This document shows, piece by piece, positions 24,814-32,954 of a DNA stretch of 36,010 nt. Location of the stretch: contig CAZVPY010000001.1 of assembly GCA_964629135.1 (NCBI GenBank), positions 1 through 36,010 of the forward strand, given 5' to 3'. Positions within the stretch are counted from its first letter, which is position 1. Every line of letters begins with the position of its first letter. Source of the DNA: an uncultured Thermotogaceae bacterium (lineage in GTDB: Bacteria > Thermotogota > Thermotogae > MWEM01). Both the position numbers and the translations under genes were made by a program. The notes below the pieces were generated by a model. That model searched no databases. It had not been told where the DNA came from and saw only the letters and a program-made list of their open reading frames with translations.

Positions 24814-25902
24814 ATGGCTCACGAACAATTACTTGATGATATAAAAAAAATGCATAACGATTATTTAAGGCTAAGCGAGCAACAAACGCATTTTCTTTCC
24901 ACTAGACTTAAGACTAGAATAGAACTCCGTTTTAAAAAAGACTTTTTAAAAAAAATCAACGATAAAAAGAAGCTTGAAAAGGCCGTTCACAGAAATATCA
25001 ACTCAACTTATCAAGTTTCTTGGTCGAGAATAAACAGTTTGCCATATGATAAAGAAAAAGATTCGATGGAGCTTTACCGTTCTTGGCTTTTCAATATTAG
25101 TCTTGACATTTTGTTATTAAAGCTTATAAACGGACATAAAGAATCCGGTATGAAAGAATTTTATAGAATTTATAACCTTCCGGTTAAATCCTATATTGCA
25201 AAAAATCTTTATGGGAAAAAGGGAACGGAATATTTTAATACTAAATGTCATGATTTGATGATGGAGAGTTTCCAGAGATTTGAACGTTACATAACGAATT
25301 TTTCACCTTTCAAAGGAACGCTTTTTAGTTATTTGATATCCATTGCGGATCATTTAATCAAAGATCAAACTACACAACCTGAAACTCTCATCTCGGAATT
25401 TAATGAACAAGACGAAGAAGAAAGGGGCAGTGTGTTCTGGGCTGTCTCATCTGATCCCTCTCCCGATAAGCTTCAAGAGAAATTTGCTTTTGAACGATAC
25501 TTGCTGGAACAAATTATAGCCGAGGGTGGATACCCTTGGCAAGTATTAGTGGTGTTGTTTACCAAAACGACGAACGATAGGACTGATATAACAAAATTGG
25601 AAGATTTAACCTTATCAGAACTTTATCAGAAGATGACACAAGAGTTTACAATTTGTTCTTTCCATGATGAAAAAGAATTAGCTGAGCTTTTCAAACCTTT
25701 AAAAGCCCAACTAAACCAACATTTAAGTGAAATTATTCCAACTAAAGACCATCGATCAAGAATACATGTTGAAAACTATCTAACCTACAGATTGGGAGAA
25801 TTGCCATTGAAAGTTTTTTTCGGGAAAGACCCTTTAAAAAACATACGTGACTGGAATCACCGACTTTTTAAAAGGGTTAGAAAAAAAGTTCTTGAAGATT
25901 AA
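24814..25902 (+). CDS. Divergent sigma-70/ECF-like protein (region-2-like core, ~100-aa N-terminal extension, long C-terminal part)
   Basis: 'LLKLINGHKESGMKEFYRIYNLPVKSYIAKNL...CHDLMMESFQRFERYITNFSPFKGTLFSYLISIADHLIKD' follows the ECF region 2 pattern (GD..AF.ELY..Y...V..Y......AEDL.QE.F........F......F..WL..IA.N...D). The C-terminal 'NIRDWNHRLFKRVRKKV' resembles the end of region 4. GGAGG RBS lies 5 nt before the ATG at 24814. Region 4 is not confidently identified. Confidence 0.5.
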   Translation: MAHEQLLDDIKKMHNDYLRLSEQQTHFLSTRLKTRIELRFKKDFLKKINDKKKLEKAVHRNINSTYQVSWSRINSLPYDKEKDSMELYRSWLFNISLDILLLKLINGHKESGMKEFYRIYNLPVKSYIAKNLYGKKGTEYFNTKCHDLMMESFQRFERYITNFSPFKGTLFSYLISIADHLIKDQTTQPETLISEFNEQDEEERGSVFWAVSSDPSPDKLQEKFAFERYLLEQIIAEGGYPWQVLVVLFTKTTNDRTDITKLEDLTLSELYQKMTQEFTICSFHDEKELAELFKPLKAQLNQHLSEIIPTKDHRSRIHVENYLTYRLGELPLKVFFGKDPLKNIRDWNHRLFKRVRKKVLED

Positions 25903-25972
25903 TACTTCACGCGACATATTAAAAATAACGGAGTATTAACTTTTGATTAGAAAAAAACTGCGAGGTGTTAAC

Positions 25973-26749
25973 ATGAACAAACACTTAACTGGGGAAGAAA
26001 TAGAACAATATATTGATTCAGAATATCTTCACGTACTAAAAGAGGTAGAATTGTCTGAAGATGATGAAAATCTTCATCTTTCAACCTTGAAAACTGAAGA
26101 GATCCTCAAAATTGAAGAACATCTTCTTAAGTGTGATACGTGTCTTGAAAAAGTAACGAAAGCATTAGATTTCTCACTTTCTTTTTATCAATGGTTAGAA
26201 GAGAGTCCCAGTGCAGAACAAAAAATGTTGTTAAGAATCCTTAAAGCGTCTCAGTCTGAAGAAAGTGATGTGAAAAAACGGATCCTAAATTGGATGAAGG
26301 ATTGGCAAACCTTTGTTGACAATACGGTAGATGTTTTTTTGGATACAACATATAAGGGTCTATCAAATATAACAAAACTGATTGCAAAAGACACGATGAC
26401 AAAAGAAACAAAATGGTCTTTTAAATATCCAATCGAGTCATTTGCAATGAGAGGAAATCCTAATCTCAATTTTGAAAAAAAAGTTGAAAATAAGCTCTAT
26501 GGACAAATTGGAGGAAAAGATATTCTTGAAATAAAAGCGCAATCGAAGGATAAAAAGATAACTATCAACTGTAAAAATATTGATAATACCGATTCGTCTC
26601 CAATATTCTTGCTTTTACCATTAACCGGGGGAGATCCAATCATAAAATTAGCACGACAGATAAAAAATGAAGATGATTATGAAATTTCAATCGAAGGAAT
26701 ACATCCAGGACATTATCTATTGGCCATTGAACCTGATCACAACCAATAA
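25973..26749 (+). CDS. Soluble zinc-anti-sigma (ZAS, zf-HC2)-like protein
   Basis: 'LTGEEIEQYIDSEY...IEEHLLKCDTCLEKV' contains H50-X3-C54-X2-C57, the HX3CX2C anti-sigma motif. No TM helix is present. GAGGTG RBS precedes the ATG at 25973. The gene lies immediately downstream of the sigma-like gene. Confidence 0.5.
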   Translation: MNKHLTGEEIEQYIDSEYLHVLKEVELSEDDENLHLSTLKTEEILKIEEHLLKCDTCLEKVTKALDFSLSFYQWLEESPSAEQKMLLRILKASQSEESDVKKRILNWMKDWQTFVDNTVDVFLDTTYKGLSNITKLIAKDTMTKETKWSFKYPIESFAMRGNPNLNFEKKVENKLYGQIGGKDILEIKAQSKDKKITINCKNIDNTDSSPIFLLLPLTGGDPIIKLARQIKNEDDYEISIEGIHPGHYLLAIEPDHNQ

Positions 26750-26760
26750 AAGGGAGCATT

Positions 26761-29721
26761 ATGGAAAACGCTCACATTGGAAAAATCATTAAAAAGATGC
26801 AAGACTTCGCAAAAAACAAAGATTTGAACGGTTTTAAAGAATTTACAAAACGAGTGATCCAAAAAAATCTTTTAAATAATCAGCTTAATTATTCTTCAAA
26901 AAGAGCGCTTATTAAAGCGATCAATGAAATCAACCTGTTTTTCGCTGATTTTAACAAAAACGAAGAAATCTTGTTGCATCTAATTGAACAAGAAAAGAAA
27001 GGCCAGAATGAAAATCAAGATTACATTGCTTTCCTAACCAATCTCGTTGGAGAATTATACTACTTCAAAGGACAATACCAACTTGCACTGGAAAATTATC
27101 AAAAATCCTTGGAAATTAGATATCAACTCTATGGAGACTCTCATCCTGATACCGTTGAATGTTATTCAAATCTGGCTTTTTTATATACGGAAATGGGTCG
27201 TTTAAGAGAAGCTGAGGACCTTTTTATGCTGGCGTTAAAAGCATATGAAAGCAAAATCAGTGGACATATTCAGGAATATGTTACCACCATTTGGAATGCG
27301 GGCTTAATGTACCAATATTGGGGCAAATATTCTTTAGCAATGGAAAAATATTTAACCGCAATGGAAATTTCTCAATTAAACGACACAAGTGAATTAACAG
27401 ACAGCATAGAGAATAATCTTGGTGTCCTTTATCTTGAAACTGGTAATTATCAAGCAGCTGAACAATATCTTCAAAAATCAACTAAATTGACATTACAGCA
27501 TTATGGAATAAATCATCCAAAGACCATTATTACTCTTAACACCCTTGTTTCCGCACAGATGAATTTAGAAAAACTTGAAAAGGCTGAAAAGGGATTCTTA
27601 CAGTTACAACAAACAAAAAAAACAAACATGCCAATCATTTCCATAAAGATTAAGATCAATTATGCAGTCTTCTTAATAAAAACTGGAAAGACACAAGAAG
27701 CCTTGGTTTTACTCAAAGAATGTCTTGCAAAAAAATCAACGCCTGAAACGCGGATTAAAATCTTTTCGCATATAGCAAAAATACAAGTTATTCATAAGGA
27801 AGAAGATAAAGCCTTTGAAACTGTTAAAAAGGCACTCTTTTATCAGAAAAAAGTGATTGGTAGAAGGCATATACAATACACAAAACTTTTAGGATTGTTA
27901 GGACTAATATTAATTAATCAGAACAAAAAAGAAGAAGCTTTTAAAACACTTATTGAATCTACCCAATTACAAAATGAAATCTTACTGCAGGTTTCCACCT
28001 CATTTTCAAAGGATTATGCTTGGAATTTTCTTCAAAAAATTAAAAGTGAAATGAACGAACTTCTGAGCTTATTTCATATTTTACAGAAAGAAAGTACCCC
28101 TGAGAACCCGATAACTCAACAATACATACAGGAAGTTTATGAAATTTTACTCAAAAGAAAAGCGGTCGTTTTTGACGCGGGGGTTGAGCGTTATCATCAA
28201 ATCTTAAAAAAAAGAGACCCCGACTTAAAAAGGCTTTTTGAAAAACTTGTGAAAATGAAAGAAGAAATCGTGCTGAGAACAACAAAAGGCTATTTTTCTG
28301 AAAGTCCAGAGGAAAACCAAATAAAGCTGAACGAATTAATTTCTAAAACCGAAATCTTGGAAAACAGGATATCAACGGTAGTCCCTATTTATACACATGA
28401 GTTAAAAACCAAACAGGCAACATTGCAGCTTTTAAAAAGCAAAATTCATGAAAAGACTTTATTTGTTGATATACATAAGTTTCATTTTTCTGATTTTTTC
28501 ATTCAGGAAGAAAACCAACAAAAAGAAGGTTATATCATATTCTATCTTCAAAAAAACAAAACTGAATTTCTCTTTGTTGAAGATGCAGAAGAAATAGACA
28601 AACTTATAAAAAAAACAGATTCAACAAACGATATCCAGAATAGGGGTGTTATCAACAATTCTTATAGCAATGGTCAGGAATTAAAACCTGAATCAGCCCT
28701 CAGTAAACTTTGGCATGTGCTTTTTGGAGCTCAAGATATTTTCAATAATTCAGATTTAGACTCTATTTGTTTTTCTCCAGATGGTGAATTCTTCAATCTC
28801 CCATTTGAATCCTTAATTTGCGAAAATGGGGCATATTTGATAGAAAATTACACAGTACAATATATTAATTCCGGGAGACAATTAATATATGAAACGTTCA
28901 ATCAAAACAATAATGATACATTTATGATTTTTGCAGATCCACTTTTTGAAATAAAAAATAATGTGAAAACTTCAAATAAGAAAAGCAATCATAGAAGCAA
29001 CCACACGCTACTCAGGAATGATTTAGGTAATTTTCCTCAATTACCAGGAACTGCGTCTGAAGCAGAAGAAATTATTAAAGTTTTGAAAAAAAATCATATC
29101 AGCTCAACCTCGTTATCCACTCATGAATCAGTTAATGACCGTGAACTAAAAAAAATAGACTCTCCGAAAATCTTACATTTTGCTACTCATGGATTTTACC
29201 TTGAAAACCAAGTAGATATTCATCCATTTTATCGGTGCGGTATCGCCTTAAGTGGCATTAACAATGTTTTAAAAGGAGAACAGATACCCTCTATTTATGA
29301 AGATGGTATGCTTACGGGTATGGACATTTTATCTCTAAACCTGGTTGACACGGAAATCGTTGTGCTTTCTGCTTGCAAAACAGGACGTGGGCAAATAGCC
29401 GCTGGAGAAGGTGTAATGGGGTTATGCTCAGCGTTAATTGCTTCAGGCGTATCATCAGTTATGGTGAGTCTTTGGAATGTACCGGATATTTTCACAGTAC
29501 GTTTAATGTCATCTTTTTATGAGAATCTCGTTGCTGGAATGAAAAAGTCTGAAGCTTTGAAAACTTCGAAACAAAAATTGATTCAATCATTAAGATCCCA
29601 ATGGGGAGAAGCGCCTTCTTGGATTTGGGGTGGATTCATACTGTATGGTGATGATTCATCATTAAAGGACATTTCTACTCTTTCTAACATTGATACAGTT
29701 GCTCATGGTGAAAAGAATTGA
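26761..29721 (+). CDS. TPR-repeat + CHAT-domain (caspase-fold) protease
   Basis: N-terminal TPR_12-type repeats ('YYFKGQYQLALENYQKSLEIRYQLYGDSHPDTVECYSNLAFLYTEMGRLREAEDLF'). C-terminal CHAT domain with the catalytic dyad context 'ILHFATHGFY' (His810) and 'VVLSACKTGRG' (Cys872). Confidence 0.85.
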   Translation: MENAHIGKIIKKMQDFAKNKDLNGFKEFTKRVIQKNLLNNQLNYSSKRALIKAINEINLFFADFNKNEEILLHLIEQEKKGQNENQDYIAFLTNLVGELYYFKGQYQLALENYQKSLEIRYQLYGDSHPDTVECYSNLAFLYTEMGRLREAEDLFMLALKAYESKISGHIQEYVTTIWNAGLMYQYWGKYSLAMEKYLTAMEISQLNDTSELTDSIENNLGVLYLETGNYQAAEQYLQKSTKLTLQHYGINHPKTIITLNTLVSAQMNLEKLEKAEKGFLQLQQTKKTNMPIISIKIKINYAVFLIKTGKTQEALVLLKECLAKKSTPETRIKIFSHIAKIQVIHKEEDKAFETVKKALFYQKKVIGRRHIQYTKLLGLLGLILINQNKKEEAFKTLIESTQLQNEILLQVSTSFSKDYAWNFLQKIKSEMNELLSLFHILQKESTPENPITQQYIQEVYEILLKRKAVVFDAGVERYHQILKKRDPDLKRLFEKLVKMKEEIVLRTTKGYFSESPEENQIKLNELISKTEILENRISTVVPIYTHELKTKQATLQLLKSKIHEKTLFVDIHKFHFSDFFIQEENQQKEGYIIFYLQKNKTEFLFVEDAEEIDKLIKKTDSTNDIQNRGVINNSYSNGQELKPESALSKLWHVLFGAQDIFNNSDLDSICFSPDGEFFNLPFESLICENGAYLIENYTVQYINSGRQLIYETFNQNNNDTFMIFADPLFEIKNNVKTSNKKSNHRSNHTLLRNDLGNFPQLPGTASEAEEIIKVLKKNHISSTSLSTHESVNDRELKKIDSPKILHFATHGFYLENQVDIHPFYRCGIALSGINNVLKGEQIPSIYEDGMLTGMDILSLNLVDTEIVVLSACKTGRGQIAAGEGVMGLCSALIASGVSSVMVSLWNVPDIFTVRLMSSFYENLVAGMKKSEALKTSKQKLIQSLRSQWGEAPSWIWGGFILYGDDSSLKDISTLSNIDTVAHGEKN

Positions 29722-32072
29722 TTAAAGAACATTCAATTTCTGTAAGAGACCTGATAGGTTTCCTATACAGATCTGGTAATCTTGATAATAGATTCAATGC
29801 CCCAGATCTCTCAGAAAGAGGAAAAATTGGAGTAAAAGCACATAAAAAGATACAACAGCAATATGAAGAAAATTTCCCCGGACAATTTGAAAGTGAAGTC
29901 TATCTCAGTTGCTCTTTTGAAGAAAAGGACCTATTAATATCCATTTTTGGAAGAGCTGATGGTATTCACAGAAATGGTAATGAAGTAACCGTTGATGAGA
30001 TAAAAACCACTCGTGTTTCTTTAGAAGATATCTCGGAACTTTTGGACCAAAATCATCTCAGGCAATGTATGTGCTATGGTTACATGGTTTTAAAAAAGGA
30101 AAAACTGAAAAAAATAAACTTGAGAATTACATATTATAATATAGACAACGATAAAATGAAACACCTTTCATTCAGCTATTCAAAAGAACAACTTACACAG
30201 TTTATCCTTGAACTTAAAGAACAATACAGTCAATGGCTATCAATAAAAGATGAGTGGCTTAATGAAAGAAATCAATCTATCAAAACTCTTCATTTTCCAT
30301 TTGAACAATTCAGAGATGGGCAAAGAAAATTTTCTGTTATGGTATACCACGCCATTAAAGACCAAAAAAAACTTTTTGCTCAAGCTCCAACAGGAACCGG
30401 TAAAACCTTAGCAACACTGTTTCCAGCTTTAAAAGCAATTGGAAAAGAGCTTGCCGGACCGATCTTTTATCTCACATCCAAAACAATCACCAGACAAGCT
30501 GTTGAAAATACCTTAAATCTCTTGAGATCAAAGGGGTTGAAGCTTAAGTCTATTATCATAACCGCTAAAGAAAAGATGTGTATTAACAATGAGTTTAAAT
30601 GCAATCCTTACAACTGTCCATTTGCAAAGGGCCATTTTGATAGAATAAATAATGCTTTAAAAGATTTTGTTGCCTTAGATGGACATTTTAATGTTGATAG
30701 AATTCAAGAACACGCCCAACTTCACCAAGTTTGTCCCTATGAACTTGCATTGGATTTGTCAGAATTTACAGATTGTATTATCTGCGATTATAACTATTTG
30801 TTTGATCCAAGAGCATATTTCAGAAGGTATTTTGAAGAAAAGGGAAAATATATATTCCTTGTGGATGAGGCTCACAATCTTCCAGATAGGGCCAGAGATA
30901 TGTATTCCTCTCAATTATCACTAAAAACACTTAGAGAATTGAAGGGTTTTGCGAAAAAAAGTGATTCAAAAATTGCTAAATGCACAAGAAAATTGGATAC
31001 TGAAGCTTCCTTTTATTTCCTTAATGAAAAACCGGAAGAAAAATGGTCTGTAAAAGATTCTCCTCAAGATCTCAAAGAACCTTTGGAAGATCTGTTAAGA
31101 GAAATAGCAGCATATCTGATGACTCCGGGTTATGATTCTTCGAAGGAACAATTAACTAATTATTTTTTTGACTTAAACGCCTTTAACAGTAACATGGAAA
31201 GATATAACGACCATTATATTTCTATCTTTGATGCAAAAAACGAATTAATGACTTTATATTGTGTTGATCCATCCAATCATATCAAAGATATGTTGGAAAA
31301 AGGCAAGTCTTGTGTGCTTTTTTCTGCCACTTTATCTCCTTTAGATTATTATAAGCAACTTTTTGGTGCCACAAAAGATGATTATTCACTGATTTTAAAA
31401 TCTCCCTTTAATCAACAAAAGCTATGTATGCTTGTAAATCCAAAGATTTCAACCAAATACAACGCAAGAAAATACTCTGCTGAGGCTATTGTTCGGAATA
31501 TCCATTTAACTACAAGGCATCGCGGCAATTACATGGTCTTTTTTCCATCATATCAATATATGGAATTGATCTATAATGCCTTCGTTAAAAAACACCCTAC
31601 TATTCAAACCAGCAAACAAACCCCCTATATGAGTGAAAGACAACGTGAATCCTTTTTAGAATCCTTCAAACACTCTCCTGAAAAAACATTTGTGGGATTT
31701 GTGCTGATGGGAGGAATTTTTGGAGAGGGCATTGATTTAATTGGAAGTCGGTTAAGCGGAGCTATCATTGTTGGTGTGGGATTACCGCAAATTGGTTTTG
31801 ATAGAGATATTATCAAAGACTATTATCAGAAAAAAATTGGAAAAGGCTGGGAATATGCCTACATCATTCCAGGTGCCAATAAAGTAATGCAAGCTGTGGG
31901 AAGAGTCATTCGTTCACATGAAGATAAAGGAGTAGTTATGCTCATTGATGAAAGGTTTATTCATAAACCTTATCCTTCTATATTTCCTGCAGACTGGGCG
32001 CATGCAATAAGCGTAAGAAATGAAGGAGAGATAAAAAGGATTCTAAAAGACTTTTGGAACCAAGCCTTTTAA
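29718..32072 (+). CDS. PD-(D/E)XK (RecB/Cas4-type) nuclease domain fused to an XPD/DinG-family Fe-S superfamily-2 helicase
   Basis: N-terminal domain: 'GRADGI' (D81), 'VDEIKTT' (D93-E94-x-K96) and Q116xxxY120. Helicase domain: Walker A 'APTGTGKT' (223-230), four Cys (288, 295, 300, 339) between Walker A and DEAH (383-386), and C-terminal 'QAVGRVIRS'. The TTG start overlaps the CHAT stop (TTGA). Confidence 0.8.
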   Translation: MIKEHSISVRDLIGFLYRSGNLDNRFNAPDLSERGKIGVKAHKKIQQQYEENFPGQFESEVYLSCSFEEKDLLISIFGRADGIHRNGNEVTVDEIKTTRVSLEDISELLDQNHLRQCMCYGYMVLKKEKLKKINLRITYYNIDNDKMKHLSFSYSKEQLTQFILELKEQYSQWLSIKDEWLNERNQSIKTLHFPFEQFRDGQRKFSVMVYHAIKDQKKLFAQAPTGTGKTLATLFPALKAIGKELAGPIFYLTSKTITRQAVENTLNLLRSKGLKLKSIIITAKEKMCINNEFKCNPYNCPFAKGHFDRINNALKDFVALDGHFNVDRIQEHAQLHQVCPYELALDLSEFTDCIICDYNYLFDPRAYFRRYFEEKGKYIFLVDEAHNLPDRARDMYSSQLSLKTLRELKGFAKKSDSKIAKCTRKLDTEASFYFLNEKPEEKWSVKDSPQDLKEPLEDLLREIAAYLMTPGYDSSKEQLTNYFFDLNAFNSNMERYNDHYISIFDAKNELMTLYCVDPSNHIKDMLEKGKSCVLFSATLSPLDYYKQLFGATKDDYSLILKSPFNQQKLCMLVNPKISTKYNARKYSAEAIVRNIHLTTRHRGNYMVFFPSYQYMELIYNAFVKKHPTIQTSKQTPYMSERQRESFLESFKHSPEKTFVGFVLMGGIFGEGIDLIGSRLSGAIIVGVGLPQIGFDRDIIKDYYQKKIGKGWEYAYIIPGANKVMQAVGRVIRSHEDKGVVMLIDERFIHKPYPSIFPADWAHAISVRNEGEIKRILKDFWNQAF

Positions 32073-32143
32073 TACTCTAACGTTGCTTTGCTCTTGTAAA
32101 ATAGAATTTAGTTAAATAACGAAATCGCCAGAAAGGAGTCAAA

Positions 32144-32926
32144 ATGAAAATTTTCATATTAGGTGCGGGAAAAATGGGTAAATGGTTTGCAGAGGAATTA
32201 AACCATGATCATGAAGTTGCTATTTTTGATTGGGATTCAAAACAGATGAAACATCTCTTTAATGTGAAACGATTTAAAGAAATTCAAGAGATAAAGGTTT
32301 ATAACCCTGAACTTGTCATCAATTGTGTAAGTCTTAATAATACGGTCAAAGCCTTCCAAGAAATTGAGCCCTTTATCTCTGATTCAACGATACTTTCTGA
32401 CATAACATCAGTAAAATACGGTTTAGAAGATTATTATAAAAAAAACAGTCAACATCCTTTCGTTTCAACTCACCCAATGTTTGGCCCTACATTTGCAAAT
32501 ATCAACAATTTAACCTCAGAAAATGCGGTTATTATAAAAGAATCGGATGAATTTGGGAAAAAGTTTTTCACAAAATTTTTCTCCTCTCTAAAATTGAATA
32601 TCTATGAATACTCATTTGAAGAACATGATAAAACCATGGCATATTCTCTGGCAACACCCTTTATCTCATCATTGGTTTTTGGTGGGTGCTTAGAAGAAAA
32701 GGCAGTTCCGGGTACAACATTTAAAAAACAAATGCACATCACCCAGAATCTTATGCGTGAAGACGATTATTTACTTTCTGAAATTCTCTTCAATCCATAT
32801 ACTGTAAAGCAAATTGAACGCATACATTTACAATTGTCATCCCTAGCAGAAATTATTGAAAAAAGAGACTTTAAAGCTATGAAAAAATACTTGGATAACG
32901 TTCGTAGAAATATCAATAACACTTAA
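32144..32926 (+). CDS. tyrA: Prephenate dehydrogenase family protein
   Basis: N-terminal 'MKIFILGAGKMGKWF' dinucleotide fold, plus 'DITSVK' and 'FVSTHPMFGP', which are characteristic of prephenate/arogenate dehydrogenases. Confidence 0.7.
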   Translation: MKIFILGAGKMGKWFAEELNHDHEVAIFDWDSKQMKHLFNVKRFKEIQEIKVYNPELVINCVSLNNTVKAFQEIEPFISDSTILSDITSVKYGLEDYYKKNSQHPFVSTHPMFGPTFANINNLTSENAVIIKESDEFGKKFFTKFFSSLKLNIYEYSFEEHDKTMAYSLATPFISSLVFGGCLEEKAVPGTTFKKQMHITQNLMREDDYLLSEILFNPYTVKQIERIHLQLSSLAEIIEKRDFKAMKKYLDNVRRNINNT

Positions 32927-32954
32927 AATAGTAAAAGTTTAAGGAGGAAGGTTC

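Noticed and set aside
25903-25972. ECF-type autoregulatory promoter (GGAAC-N16/17-CGT) upstream of the sigma-like or ZAS-like genes, and a 7-bp TAATACT/AGTATTA inverted repeat
   Set aside because: No AAC/CGT pair with proper spacing occurs in either 24743-24813 or 25903-25972. The inverted repeat has a 26-nt loop and no T-run, so it is too weak to call. An extended -10 like TGtTAAAAT at 24767-24775 is possible, but nothing else supports it.
24743-32143. CRISPR array, Cas7-11/gRAMP or other cas genes near the TPR-CHAT gene
   Set aside because: I looked for spaced direct repeats and large Cas-like ORFs, both in the cassette and across the whole window, and saw none. All the space is taken by the four ORFs. 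The cassette therefore cannot be called a type III-E locus.
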